Positions 45,463-55,428 of a stretch of DNA of 64,000 nucleotides are shown in pieces. This DNA comes from an uncultured Clostridia bacterium (GTDB lineage: Bacteria; Bacillota; Clostridia; Christensenellales; Aristaeellaceae), in NCBI GenBank assembly GCA_947167215.1, contig CAMVHE010000005.1:1905-65904 (forward strand), in the 5' to 3' direction. Position 1 is the first letter of the stretch. Each line of letters opens with the position of its first letter. Both the position numbers and the translations under genes were made by a program. The notes beneath the pieces are model-generated. The model did no database searches and had not been told where the DNA came from. It saw only the letters and a program-made list of their open reading frames with translations.

Positions 45463-46449
45463 TCAGCTTTCGCCGTTTCCGTTTTTCTGAAAGAGGGACA
45501 GCAGATCCCGCTGGATGGCAGCATCACACGGAAGCGTGCGGATGATCTGTGGCAGTTCTTCAAACGATCTTCCGGTAAAGTTCTTATCAAGGGTTGCAAA
45601 AAGTTCTGCATCCATGGCATCGGTCACCGCCTGGAAAGCCTGAATTCTTCCTGATTCCCGGATAAAACGCACCGTGATGTTCCCCCAGGAGAAGCTTCCC
45701 CGAAGAATTTCGGCATCCGGAATTGTCCGGTCCATGATAAAGCTCTCCGCTGAAAAACACGACGTGTAATATCGGATTTTCTGTTCCTCCTGTGTCGTAA
45801 ACTGCTTTCCGCGGCAGGAGGATCCGAATGCCTCTTCAAAGGAAGCACGGACCGCAGAAGCTGTCATCGGTACCGTCAGATCGCTTCGGTAGAAAGTCAG
45901 GTTTTCCGTCCGGCTCTCCACGCTGTGAACCGCATGTCTGGCGAGCTTGCTTCTGTCTGCCGTCAGCCATTTCTGCATTTCTCCGCGGTTGCTTTTTACC
46001 AGAATGGTCCCGTGATGGAAAGCTTTTCCGTCATGACAGTAAAACGCACTTCCGGAAAATTTCTTTCCTTCCACCGTCAGGTCATTGCGCCCATCCACCC
46101 GGGCGGGAATCCCAAGGCTCTGTACCGCTCTGGCGATAATCTGCATCTGTTTCGGAATGTCAAAGGCGGATTCGGGCAGAATCATCGTAAAATTCAGGTT
46201 CCCCAGATCATGGTAGACTGCGCCTCCTCCGCTCATTCTTCTGGCAATTTTCCCTCCGTCCTTCCGAAATTCAGATGCCCTGCATTCCATCAGCACATCC
46301 TGGTTTCGTCCAACAACAATGGTATGGGCATTCTGCCAAAGATACAAAATGGCGGTCTGCCCTTGAAGCGTCCGGGTCAGAACCCATTCTGTCGCCAGGT
46401 TCCGGTATGGATCTGTCCCGTTTCCCTTCAGGATCAGCAGCTCATCCAT
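45463..46449 (-). CDS. lplA: lipoate-protein ligase A
   Basis: From the ATG at 46449: MDELLILKGNGTDPYRNLATEWVL…VGRNQ…RRMSGGGAVYHDLGNLNF. Confidence 0.85.
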   Translation of the reverse strand: MDELLILKGNGTDPYRNLATEWVLTRTLQGQTAILYLWQNAHTIVVGRNQDVLMECRASEFRKDGGKIARRMSGGGAVYHDLGNLNFTMILPESAFDIPKQMQIIARAVQSLGIPARVDGRNDLTVEGKKFSGSAFYCHDGKAFHHGTILVKSNRGEMQKWLTADRSKLARHAVHSVESRTENLTFYRSDLTVPMTASAVRASFEEAFGSSCRGKQFTTQEEQKIRYYTSCFSAESFIMDRTIPDAEILRGSFSWGNITVRFIRESGRIQAFQAVTDAMDAELFATLDKNFTGRSFEELPQIIRTLPCDAAIQRDLLSLFQKNGNGES

Positions 46450-46503
46450 CTTTTTTCCTTTCGCCGAGGCATCCGCTGGCATTTTTTTCTTTTTCCGTAC
46501 AAA

Positions 46504-46535
46504 CACAAATTGCCGGCATTGCCGGACAATCTGTG
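46504..46535 (-). terminator. possible attenuator/terminator hairpin between the ROK kinase gene and lplA
   Basis: Minus strand reads CACAGATTG(T)CCGGC-AAT-GCCGGCAATTTGTG followed by TTTGTACGG, a short U-tract. Confidence 0.35.
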
Positions 46536-46557
46536 CTTGTTATTTATTGGAGAACAG

Positions 46558-47487
46558 TCAGGAACGGGAACAGTCCGTTCCGATAAAGGCCGCTCCGATC
46601 ATCGGAGCATCGCTGCCCAGGACAGCTTTCAGCACCTGAAGACGGTTAAGATGTGTCCAGGCATAATAGCCCCTGGCCGGAATCCTCTTTCTCAGGAACT
46701 CAATGACCATATCATGCTCACTCAGTCCGCCGGAAATAATGACAGCTTCCACGCTGAGCAGATTCACCGCACCTGCGATTCCTGCTGCAAGATCCTCCAG
46801 ACACTCTTCAATCACTTTCTGCATGACGGTATCCCCTGAGGCGGCCAGGTCAAAAACACTTTCGCATTTTTTCGGCCAGTTTTCAAACCGCTCCGGGAAA
46901 GCCTGGTAAGCCCTCCGGAAAATGTTATTGCCGCTGGTATACCTTTCAAGGCAGCCAATGCTTCCGCAGGCGCATTGTTCTCCTTTTCTGTCAATGGTAA
47001 TATGTCCGAGTTCTCCTGCAGTATTCATCCCTCCGGAAAATACCCGTCCATCCAGAACAATACCGCAGCCTATTCCCGTGCCGATAGTCACGACCATCAG
47101 ATTATCAAAGGGCTTTCCCGCACCAAAGAGTTTTTCAGCCAGAGCACCATTGCGGGAATCCTGGGCAACCAGAACGGGTTTCCCCATCGCCTTTGAAAGA
47201 TATTCTCCCATCGGAACATCATACCACTGGAGATTGGGGCAATAGGAAACCATTCCTGTCCTCGTATCTGCAGTTCCGGGCACGCCCGCACCGATAAAGG
47301 TAATATCCGCCTCCGAGAATCCTGCTTCCCCTGCCATCTCCCGCTTAACCTCCGCGATGCGGACAGCAAGGGCTTCCGGATTCTCGGAGTCCAGGGTCGA
47401 TACCTTCCGTTTCAGGAGAATCTCTCCGCTGTCGGATATGAATCCCATATTGACCTTTGTTCCACCAATATCTATTCCGATCCGCAT
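46558..47487 (-). CDS. ROK-family sugar kinase (glucokinase-like)
   Basis: MRIGIDIGGTKVN…, TIGTGIGCG, and the zinc motif GHITI…CACGSIGCLE. Confidence 0.8.
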   Translation of the reverse strand: MRIGIDIGGTKVNMGFISDSGEILLKRKVSTLDSENPEALAVRIAEVKREMAGEAGFSEADITFIGAGVPGTADTRTGMVSYCPNLQWYDVPMGEYLSKAMGKPVLVAQDSRNGALAEKLFGAGKPFDNLMVVTIGTGIGCGIVLDGRVFSGGMNTAGELGHITIDRKGEQCACGSIGCLERYTSGNNIFRRAYQAFPERFENWPKKCESVFDLAASGDTVMQKVIEECLEDLAAGIAGAVNLLSVEAVIISGGLSEHDMVIEFLRKRIPARGYYAWTHLNRLQVLKAVLGSDAPMIGAAFIGTDCSRS

Positions 47488-47496
47488 CCTTAGCTC

Positions 47497-48747
47497 CTAT
47501 TCTGATCTGGGAAGGGTGGATCCGCCGTACGGCATCACCAGAACCTTCCCCTTTCCATCCGTTTTCCCGAGTGCATAGGCAGCTGCTTCCTCCAGCGTTG
47601 CGAAATGGCGCAAAAAGGTTTTTCCAACCATCTCCGTCGGCATCTCGCTGATCAGGCAGACTTCCGCCTGCTCTGCCACCAGCGCAATCGCTGCTGCCTT
47701 ATGGCCTCCCAGTTTAAAATGGGCCCTCGTTCTGGCAATCAGTTCCTGCGGTGAAGAGCCGTCCGTCATCCATTCCCCGAAAGTCTTTTCCCCCATGCCT
47801 TCCCTGCAGGAGCCCACCAGGACCACTGTCCCGCCGGGTTTTACCGCATGCTTCGCATTATCGAGGGCTTTCTGCGTCTGGTACAGATTCAGATCTTTGG
47901 GTGCCCCCCCCTGGGATACCAGGACGATGTCCGCTTTTTCGGGAATTTTTTTCATGTACAGTCTGTCAATCATCTGGCAGGCAGTCCGGTGCGCTGTGAT
48001 ATGGTCTCCCGCAAAAGCTCCGATGATCCGCTTATGTTCATCCAGTACCACATTCAGGATGAAATCGGCCGGGCACAGCTTCGCCGCTTCCTCGATGTCT
48101 TCCCGGATCGGGTTGCCTGCAAGCTGACCGGCGCAGGCACCCGCTTCCACCATGTGGCTGTGATTGCATTCAATGGCTTCCCGGGTCGAACATCCGGGCA
48201 TGATGGCCTTGTCTCCGCCGGAATAGCCTGCAAAATAATGGTATTCCACGTTTCCAAGGCAGATTCTGAAATCTGCCTCTGCCACTCTTCGGGTGATCTT
48301 TACCGGCGTCCCCCGGCTGGTAACTCCCAGGTCTATTACATCGTCCGGATCCGAATCCTCGCAGGTATAACGCCTGTATGCTTCGTCACCAACGAGGTGC
48401 TTCTTTTCTTCTTCACTCTGTTTCCGATGGGAACCGACTGCAAAGACCACGGTCACATCTTCATCCCGGACACCTGCAGCTTCCAGCGTTTCCATCAGGG
48501 CAGGCATCACCCTCGACGTCGGCATGGGACGGGTCACATCGCTGGTTACAATGACAACCTTATCTCCGGGATGGATCCGTTGTTCCAGCGGCAGGCTGTC
48601 CATGGGATTTGCAAGCGCTTCCCGGACCAGTTCGCTTTCGCTCTTCCCGCTGTGAACCACCGGGTTGGGCGTAAGAATTCCCATTACCAGCTCATCGGGG
48701 ATTTCTGCCGTCTGTGTTCCATATCCGAATCCCAATTCAATTTTCAT
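47497..48747 (-). CDS. LarA-family nickel-pincer-cofactor-dependent 2-hydroxyacid racemase/epimerase homologue
   Basis: 416 aa with the DUF2088/LarA layout. His107 (VGSHRK), His170 (EYHYFAGYSGG), Lys180 (GGDKAI) and His196 (CNHSH) sit at positions corresponding to LarA His108/His174/Lys184/His200. Alignment was by eye. Confidence 0.75.
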   Translation of the reverse strand: MKIELGFGYGTQTAEIPDELVMGILTPNPVVHSGKSESELVREALANPMDSLPLEQRIHPGDKVVIVTSDVTRPMPTSRVMPALMETLEAAGVRDEDVTVVFAVGSHRKQSEEEKKHLVGDEAYRRYTCEDSDPDDVIDLGVTSRGTPVKITRRVAEADFRICLGNVEYHYFAGYSGGDKAIMPGCSTREAIECNHSHMVEAGACAGQLAGNPIREDIEEAAKLCPADFILNVVLDEHKRIIGAFAGDHITAHRTACQMIDRLYMKKIPEKADIVLVSQGGAPKDLNLYQTQKALDNAKHAVKPGGTVVLVGSCREGMGEKTFGEWMTDGSSPQELIARTRAHFKLGGHKAAAIALVAEQAEVCLISEMPTEMVGKTFLRHFATLEEAAAYALGKTDGKGKVLVMPYGGSTLPRSE

Positions 48748-50111
48748 GGCATTCTCCTTGGCATGTTATGGCACGATTCTCCCCGGGTATCCAGGGCCGC
48801 CTCCATAATGATCTCGCTGACGGTAGGATGTGGATGAACCGTCATGCCCAGTTCTTCAATGGTTCCTTCACAGCGCATTACGGCTGCGATTTCCGCAATC
48901 ATTTCCGTTGCATTCGGCGCCATGATCTGGGCTCCCAGCAGTTCCCCGGTCCTCCGGTCGCTGACCAGAATGCAGATGCCGGTTCTTTCGTTCATTACCA
49001 TGCTGCGTCCGTTGGTTGCAACCCGGAAGCTTCCCGTTGCCGGTTCATAGCCTGCCTCTCTTGCCGCCTTTTCCGTAAGCCCGATATAGGCAATTTCCGG
49101 ATGCGTATACACACAGGCAGGCACCTGACGGTAGTTAACCGTGGCCGGGCTTCCGGCAATGGTATTCGCCACGGCATGCGCCTGGGCACCTGCCGCATGG
49201 GCAAGCTGCATTTTTCCGGTAATATCGCCGATGGCGTATACTCCGGGCACACTGGTACGCAGATAATCATCCACCACGACGAATCCCTTTTTCAGGGCAA
49301 TACCGGCTTCTTCCAGGCCGATTCCTGCGGTCATCGGGCTCCGCCCGATGCAGCAGATCACCTTTTCTGCCTCCATTTTCAGGGTCTTTTCTCCGGAAAC
49401 ATAGCTCACGCTGCCGCTTTCGATCGACTGCACCCTTGCATTGCAGCAGATATTCACCTGTTTCTTTTCGAGAACTTCCTTCAGCATTCCCGTAATGATC
49501 GGGTCCACTCCCGGAAGAATGTCCGGCATCATCTCCAGGACTGCGACACGGACTCCCAGTGCGGAGAACAGGGTGGCGAATTCAATGCCGATAACCCCTC
49601 CGCCGATCAGGATGACACTTTGCGGAAGACTCGTCCAATGGAGCACCGTGTCGCTGTTTTCTGCATTTTCAATGCCCGGAATCGGAGGTACTGCCGGTTT
49701 GGCCCCCGTGGCGAGAATCAGGTTCTTCGTTTCTATTTTTTCGTCCTTCACCTGGACCGTATGCGCATCCAGAAGCACTCCCCTGCCGCGGATCACCGTG
49801 ACTCCGTTTGCCTTTTCCAGCGCCTCCACGCCTCTGCGCAGAGTTGCCACCTGACGGTCCCGAAAAGATGCGAGCCTGGCGAAATCCATGGCAGCCCCGG
49901 TCACTGAAATGCCCAGGGTTTCTGCTTCGCGGATGCTTTCAAAAACCTCCGCACCGTGAAGAAGCGCTTTCGTCGGAATGCAGCCCCGGTTAAGACAGGT
50001 GCCTCCCACTTCCCGCTCCTCCACAAGCGCCGTCTTCAGCCCATGCTGGGCGCAGTGAATTGCCGCCTCGTAACCGCCGGGGCCTGCACCCAGAACCAGG
50101 ACATCATACAT
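48744..50111 (-). CDS. acoL: dihydrolipoyl dehydrogenase (E3)
   Basis: VLGAGPGGYEAA and the redox disulfide GGTCLNRGCIPTK. 455 aa. Confidence 0.9.
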   Translation of the reverse strand: MYDVLVLGAGPGGYEAAIHCAQHGLKTALVEEREVGGTCLNRGCIPTKALLHGAEVFESIREAETLGISVTGAAMDFARLASFRDRQVATLRRGVEALEKANGVTVIRGRGVLLDAHTVQVKDEKIETKNLILATGAKPAVPPIPGIENAENSDTVLHWTSLPQSVILIGGGVIGIEFATLFSALGVRVAVLEMMPDILPGVDPIITGMLKEVLEKKQVNICCNARVQSIESGSVSYVSGEKTLKMEAEKVICCIGRSPMTAGIGLEEAGIALKKGFVVVDDYLRTSVPGVYAIGDITGKMQLAHAAGAQAHAVANTIAGSPATVNYRQVPACVYTHPEIAYIGLTEKAAREAGYEPATGSFRVATNGRSMVMNERTGICILVSDRRTGELLGAQIMAPNATEMIAEIAAVMRCEGTIEELGMTVHPHPTVSEIIMEAALDTRGESCHNMPRRMP

Positions 50112-50129
50112 ACATGCCGCCTCCCTCTT

Positions 50130-51428
50130 TTACAGCATCAGCATCGGATTTTCCAGCAGCTGCCGGATTCTTGCAAGGAACTGCGCCGCCGGTGCGCCGT
50201 CAATGATGCAATGGTCATATGTCAGCGTCAGCCACATCATCGGCCGGATTCCCAGCGTATCATCCGGCAGGACCACCGGCTGCTTCTTCATTGCGCCAAC
50301 CGCAAGAATCGCGGATTCCGGTGCATTGATGATTGCCACAAACCGGTCTATGCCATACATTCCCAGGTTGGTCACGGTAAAGGTGCTGCCGGACAGCTCA
50401 TCCAGCTGAACGGTTCCGTCCTTCGTGCGTCCTGCCAGGTCTTTTGCCTTTTCTGCCAGCTCCGACAGGCGCATCTGATCCGCATACCGGATGACCGGGA
50501 CCATCAGGCCCCTGTCTGTGGCCACCGCCATTCCCATGTGCACATGGGGCAGCTTGAGGATCGCGTCCCCCTCCCGCCGCACGTGGATCATCGGGAACTC
50601 CGTCAGGGCCTTTGCCGCGCAGTACATGACGATGTCGTTGTAGCTGATCTTCACTCCGGAAGCTTTCATGGCTTCCCGGAGGGCAATGCAGGCAGTCATG
50701 TCCACCTGTACGCTGTGATTCGCCTGTGCCGTCGTTTCGAGACTTTCCTTCATATGTCTGGCGATGGTCCGGCGGATTCCGGTCATGGGCTCCGGTGCAA
50801 TCCGGACGGGTTCTTCTTCTTTCTGCAGCATTCCGCGGACATCTTCCGCCATGATCTTCCCCCGGACACCCGATCCGGAGATTCCTTCCAGCGGAATTCC
50901 TGCCAGCTCTGCTTCCTTTCTGGCAAGCGGGGTGGCCTTCACCGGCTCATAGGCAAGCACATCCCGTTCAATAACCATGTGATCCGGGCCGGTTGGCGGG
51001 ATTTTGGTAATATCCAGCTTCCGCTCTTCCGCCCGCATTTTTGCCCTGGGAGTGGCATAGAATTCCCCGGCCGGTGCCGCTTCTGCAGCTGCCGTCTGGC
51101 GGACTTCCCGAACGGTCTCCGGCTGCTCCTTCTCTTCCTTCTCCGCAGGAGCAGTTTCCCCGGAAGCACCCTCCTCGGGGATCTTTTCTCCCGGCTCACC
51201 TACCCAGGCAATCGTTTCGGTAATCGGAACGGTATCCCCTTCGGGATGCACGATCTTCAGCAGAGTACCGCCGGCAGAAGCGTCAATGGTGATGGTCAGC
51301 TTATCTGTCTCCATCTCAAAAAGAGGCTCACCGGCTTTGACCGTTTCTCCTTCTTTTTTCAGCCATTTTGTCAGAAATCCTTCTGTCATCTGCAGGCCCT
51401 GTTTGGGCATGATGATCCTCTCCGCCAT
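50130..51428 (-). CDS. acoC: dihydrolipoamide acyltransferase (E2) with one lipoyl domain
   Basis: From the ATG at 51428 (GGAGG upstream): [17 protein letters not shown]…[14 protein letters not shown] (lipoyl-Lys). Pro/Ala/Glu-rich linker and a catalytic domain ending …[14 protein letters not shown]. Confidence 0.85.
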   Translation of the reverse strand: MAERIIMPKQGLQMTEGFLTKWLKKEGETVKAGEPLFEMETDKLTITIDASAGGTLLKIVHPEGDTVPITETIAWVGEPGEKIPEEGASGETAPAEKEEKEQPETVREVRQTAAAEAAPAGEFYATPRAKMRAEERKLDITKIPPTGPDHMVIERDVLAYEPVKATPLARKEAELAGIPLEGISGSGVRGKIMAEDVRGMLQKEEEPVRIAPEPMTGIRRTIARHMKESLETTAQANHSVQVDMTACIALREAMKASGVKISYNDIVMYCAAKALTEFPMIHVRREGDAILKLPHVHMGMAVATDRGLMVPVIRYADQMRLSELAEKAKDLAGRTKDGTVQLDELSGSTFTVTNLGMYGIDRFVAIINAPESAILAVGAMKKQPVVLPDDTLGIRPMMWLTLTYDHCIIDGAPAAQFLARIRQLLENPMLML

Positions 51429-51438
51429 ATTCCGCCTC

Positions 51439-52419
51439 CTATCTGTAGCATACCTGGTGGCATGCTGCCACGATTTCCGGTATCTGCGGCGTTGCCGCAT
51501 TTTCCAGATTGAGTGCAAAAGGCAGCGGGCACGCCTTGGTTCCCAGCCGCAGCGGTGGAGCATCCAGATAGCGGAATGCTTCCTCCGTGATCATGGAAGC
51601 AACTTCTGCACCCCATCCGGCATTCCTGTGTGCTTCATGGACAATGACTACCCGGCCGGTCTTCCGGACGGAAGCCACCAGGGTCTCATGATCCAGCGGC
51701 ACCAGCGTTCTGGGGTCAATGACTTCTGCTTCAATGCCTTCCTTGGCAAGGATTTCCGCGGCTTCGAGCGCTCTGGGGACATACAGGAGGTTCGCGATGA
51801 TCGTCACATCCTTGCCTTCCCGTTTCACATCCGCCTTTCCAAAGGGGATCATATATTCCGGATCGTCCGGCACCTCGCCCTTGGTCGCGTAGAGCGCCTT
51901 ATGCTCAAAGAACATTACCGGATTATCATCCCGGATGGCTGTTCTCAGCAGACCGCAGGCATCAGCCGGCGTGGAAGGACATGCCACCTTGAGGCCGGGG
52001 ATATGCATGAAAATCGTTTCCATGCTCTGGGAATGCGTTGCCGCATTTCCTCTTCCGATTCCCTGCTGTCCGCGTATGACCATCGGGATCTTTGCCTTTC
52101 CGCCGAAAATATAGCGGGTCTTTGCCACCTGATTCAGAAGCTGGTCCATGCAGACCATGGTAAAATCCATATACATGAGTTCAACAATGGGACGCATGCC
52201 GGTACATGCCGCACCGAGGCCGGCGCCGACAAATCCCGCTTCACTGATCGGCGTATTCCGCACCCGCTCTGTTCCGAATTCTTTGTAAAGATCCCGGGTA
52301 CATCCGAACAGGCCGCCCATTTTTTCTATGTCTTCTCCCATGACAAAGATCTTATCATCCCTGCGCATCTCCTGGGCAATCGTATCCCGGATTGCCACGG
52401 CATAACTCTTAATGCTCAT
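51439..52419 (-). CDS. acoB: TPP-dependent 2-oxoacid/acetoin dehydrogenase E1 beta subunit
   Basis: 326 aa, transketolase-like pyrimidine-binding and C-terminal domains (…VFVMGEDI…[14 protein letters not shown]…). Confidence 0.85.
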   Translation of the reverse strand: MSIKSYAVAIRDTIAQEMRRDDKIFVMGEDIEKMGGLFGCTRDLYKEFGTERVRNTPISEAGFVGAGLGAACTGMRPIVELMYMDFTMVCMDQLLNQVAKTRYIFGGKAKIPMVIRGQQGIGRGNAATHSQSMETIFMHIPGLKVACPSTPADACGLLRTAIRDDNPVMFFEHKALYATKGEVPDDPEYMIPFGKADVKREGKDVTIIANLLYVPRALEAAEILAKEGIEAEVIDPRTLVPLDHETLVASVRKTGRVVIVHEAHRNAGWGAEVASMITEEAFRYLDAPPLRLGTKACPLPFALNLENAATPQIPEIVAACHQVCYR

Positions 52420-53384
52420 GCTTCCTCCTCATAGAATACGTCGTCAAGCACATGGGCGGGATCCGGTTCCGGACTGTTCAGCGCATATTCTGCCGCATCA
52501 TCTGCTTCCTGTCTTGCGTCTTTCATGATGTTGTCCAGTTCCTCCTGAGAAACTCCCATGGCCAGAAGCTTCGGTGCATAATTCTTGATGGGGCACTTTT
52601 CTTTCCAGGCTTCCACTTCCTCCCTGGTACGGTACACCTGCGGGTCTCCTACCCAGTGTCCCAGCCAACGGTAAGTCTTGCACTCTATCAGGGTCGGTCC
52701 GATTCCTCCGCGTGCTCTTTCAATAGCCACATCCATGGCCTTGTCAATTTCATCCGGATCATTTCCGTAGCACGTAATTCCCGGAATTCCATAAGACGCG
52801 GCCCGCACCGAGATGTCTTCCACACTGGTGGCCTGCCACTGGGGCACGGTGATGCCGAAACCGTTGTTTTCACAGATGAAAATAACCGGAAGCTTCCAGA
52901 GTGCTGCCAGGTTCATGGCCTCGTGCCAGGCCCCCTGGTTCGTCGTACTGTCGCCGAAGAAGCTGACGCTTACCCGCCCGTCCTGGTGCTGCATCTTAAT
53001 GGACAGACCCGCACCGACGGCAATGGGAATGCCACCGCCCACAATGGCGTTGGCGCCCAGGTTTCCGGTTGTGAAGTCCGCAATATGCATGGAGCCGCCG
53101 CGGCCCTTGCAGTAGCCGGTGGCCTTTCCCATCAGCTCCGCCATGGCAAAGCGCTCATCCGCGCCTTTTGCAATGCAGTGCCCGTGGCCCCTGTGCGTGC
53201 TTGCAATATAGTCATCCCGGTTCAATCTTGAACAGACCGTTGCCGCGATTGCTTCCTCTCCAACATAAAGATGCATGGAGCCTCGCAGCTTGTTGGCTTC
53301 AAAGAGCGCTACTGCCTTTTCCTCAAAGCTGCGGATCCGGCACATGGTCTTGTAAATCCATAGTCCCCGCTCCCGATCAATCAT
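52416..53384 (-). CDS. acoA: TPP-dependent acetoin-dehydrogenase-type E1 alpha subunit
   Basis: …HLYVGEEAIA…STHRGHGHCIAKG…GKATGYCKGRGGSMHIAD…FFGDSTTNQGAWHEAMNLAALWKLPVIFICENNG… closely resembles B. subtilis AcoA as I recall it. The STHRGHGHCIAKG block is characteristic. Confidence 0.8.
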   Translation of the reverse strand: MIDRERGLWIYKTMCRIRSFEEKAVALFEANKLRGSMHLYVGEEAIAATVCSRLNRDDYIASTHRGHGHCIAKGADERFAMAELMGKATGYCKGRGGSMHIADFTTGNLGANAIVGGGIPIAVGAGLSIKMQHQDGRVSVSFFGDSTTNQGAWHEAMNLAALWKLPVIFICENNGFGITVPQWQATSVEDISVRAASYGIPGITCYGNDPDEIDKAMDVAIERARGGIGPTLIECKTYRWLGHWVGDPQVYRTREEVEAWKEKCPIKNYAPKLLAMGVSQEELDNIMKDARQEADDAAEYALNSPEPDPAHVLDDVFYEEEA

Positions 53385-54265
53385 ATCTTTCCCTCCGATT
53401 TCAGAGTCAACAGAATATCCACAATATGCTGCGTATTATCCGCAATGATCGCACCGGCTTTTCGCAAGGCTTTTTCCTTGTTTTCCGCACTTCCCGTGCC
53501 GTCCGCCGCCACAATGGCGCCTGCATGTCCCATGCTGCGCCCCTTGGGTGCATTCTTGCCTGCAATCAGGGCAATCACCGGCTTGGTCACGTGGGATGCG
53601 ATGTATTCTGCAGCCAGCTCCTCCTCGTTTCCTCCAATTTCACCGATCATCACGATGGCTTTCGTCTGTTCATCCGCATTGAATTCCGGCAGCAGATCCA
53701 CAAAAGTGGTTCCCGGGATCATGTCCCCGCCGACTCCCACACAGGTGGACTGGCCGATCCCGTTGTTTGTCAGCATGAAGACCGTTTCATAGCAGTTGGT
53801 TGCACTGCGGCTCATGATTCCAACCGATCCCTCGGAAAAAATCCGGTGTGCCATGAATCCGGCTTTGCATTTGCCCGGGGATATGACGCCGAAGGAATTC
53901 GGTCCGAACAGCCGGACTCCTGCTTCCCTTGCCAGATGGTAGCAATGCATCATGTCATGAACCGGAACATGCTCCGCAATGGTAAAGATCATCGGCACCT
54001 TGGCATCAATCGCCTCCAGCACCGAATTTTTCATGAATTTAGCAGGAACGAAGATCACGGAGGCATTGGCATGGGTTTCTTCCATGGCTTCCCGTACGGT
54101 ATTGAATACAGGAACCCCCAGCACCGTCTGTCCTCCCTTTCCGGGAGTCACGCCTCCCACTACCTGCGTGCCATAGGCAATCATCTGCTCGGTATGGAAG
54201 GAGCCCTCTCTTCCGGTAATGCCCTGGACCAGCAGCCTTGTCGTCTGATCAATCAGAATGCTCAC
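53381..54265 (-). CDS. succinyl-CoA-synthetase-family (ADP-forming acyl-CoA ligase) alpha subunit
   Basis: MSILIDQTTRLLVQGITGREGSFH… and the phospho-His loop GRSMGHAGAIV. Specificity unknown. Confidence 0.8.
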   Translation of the reverse strand: MSILIDQTTRLLVQGITGREGSFHTEQMIAYGTQVVGGVTPGKGGQTVLGVPVFNTVREAMEETHANASVIFVPAKFMKNSVLEAIDAKVPMIFTIAEHVPVHDMMHCYHLAREAGVRLFGPNSFGVISPGKCKAGFMAHRIFSEGSVGIMSRSATNCYETVFMLTNNGIGQSTCVGVGGDMIPGTTFVDLLPEFNADEQTKAIVMIGEIGGNEEELAAEYIASHVTKPVIALIAGKNAPKGRSMGHAGAIVAADGTGSAENKEKALRKAGAIIADNTQHIVDILLTLKSEGKI

Positions 54266-55422
54266 AGACGATCCCTCCTTTCCGTCAGTGCACGAATGCT
54301 TTCCCGAAGTCCCGGTACCAGCACTACATCGCCCTGAATGGACTTCAGTATTTCAAGACCCAGATCCTTGTTCGTACCTTCCATCCGAATCACAACAAAC
54401 TGTTCATCGTTCCGAATATGGTTCTCAAATGCCAGCTTTACGCCCCCCGCCACTTCATCACAGCGGGTTATGCCGCCGAAGATGTTAATCAGCACCGCCT
54501 TGATTCCTGGTGTGGAGAACATGATGCGCATTGCATGCGAGATGCGTTCCGCCGTGGCTCCTCCTCCAAGGTCCAGTGCTGCAGAAACCTTCATGCCTTC
54601 CCTGGAAATCATGTCAATGCAGCTCATCAGCATTCCGGAACCGTTGCTGACGACTCCGATGGTTCCCTGTTCCTCCACCGGAATGTACAGGAAATTGAAG
54701 CTGCGTGCCTCCTTCACCAGTTCTGGTTCGGGCATTGCATCCCGCCAGGCGGCCACATCCGGCAGGCGGTACAGTGCGGAATCATCCACATCCACCTTGC
54801 CATCCAGGGCAATGAGTTTCCCCTCTTTGTCCACGATCAGCGGATTTACCTCCACTAGCATGGCATCATGGCTTTCAAATACCCGGTACAGCCCCTGCAG
54901 CATCTTATGCAGCGCTTTGGTATAGGAAACATCCAGCCCCAGCGAGGACAGGAGATAACGGGCCATATAATCCTGTATCCCGATCATCGGATCCACGGTG
55001 ATCTTTCTCAGATGTTCCGGCCTGGTTTTTGCCGTTTCCTCTATTTCCATGCCGCCCAGATCAGAGAACATGATAAGCGGGCGCTTGCTGAGCCGGTCCA
55101 GCATGATGGACAGATACCATTCGGTCTCATGTTCGCATTTTTCAACCACCAGCAGCTCCCGGACCGGCAATCCGCGCAGCGTGCTTCCAAGCAGGTCTTC
55201 CGCATGCTTGAGGACTTCCTCTTCATTGTCTGCAAACCGGATGCCGCCGGCCTTTCCCCTGCCGCCGATCTGTACCTGCGCCTTGACCACCACAGGATAA
55301 GAAAGGCCCGCCTCCTGCAGCACCTGCGCAGCACCGGCTGCGTCACGAATGACGCAGCCGGGCATTGTCGCGACCGAGGCTTCATCAAATAATGCCTTGG
55401 CCTGATATTCCAATAGCTTCAC
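54262..55422 (-). CDS. succinyl-CoA-synthetase-family (ADP-forming acyl-CoA ligase) beta subunit, ATP-grasp
   Basis: MKLLEYQAKALFDE…VVKAQVQIGGRGKAGGI…, 386 aa. Overlaps the alpha subunit gene by 4 nt. Confidence 0.8.
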   Translation of the reverse strand: MKLLEYQAKALFDEASVATMPGCVIRDAAGAAQVLQEAGLSYPVVVKAQVQIGGRGKAGGIRFADNEEEVLKHAEDLLGSTLRGLPVRELLVVEKCEHETEWYLSIMLDRLSKRPLIMFSDLGGMEIEETAKTRPEHLRKITVDPMIGIQDYMARYLLSSLGLDVSYTKALHKMLQGLYRVFESHDAMLVEVNPLIVDKEGKLIALDGKVDVDDSALYRLPDVAAWRDAMPEPELVKEARSFNFLYIPVEEQGTIGVVSNGSGMLMSCIDMISREGMKVSAALDLGGGATAERISHAMRIMFSTPGIKAVLINIFGGITRCDEVAGGVKLAFENHIRNDEQFVVIRMEGTNKDLGLEILKSIQGDVVLVPGLRESIRALTERRDRL

Positions 55423-55428
55423 CGAAAT

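Noticed and set aside
45279-45620. N-terminal extensions proposed by the ORF track. Examples: ROK-like ORF to 45620, E2 to 51563, glnA to 18360, asnB from 18648, lplA to 46506, hydrolase from 7628, IS ORF from 30501.
   Set aside because: The extensions run through terminators, promoters, the T-box leader or the preceding gene. Internal ATGs with good RBSs coincide with the conserved family N-termini.
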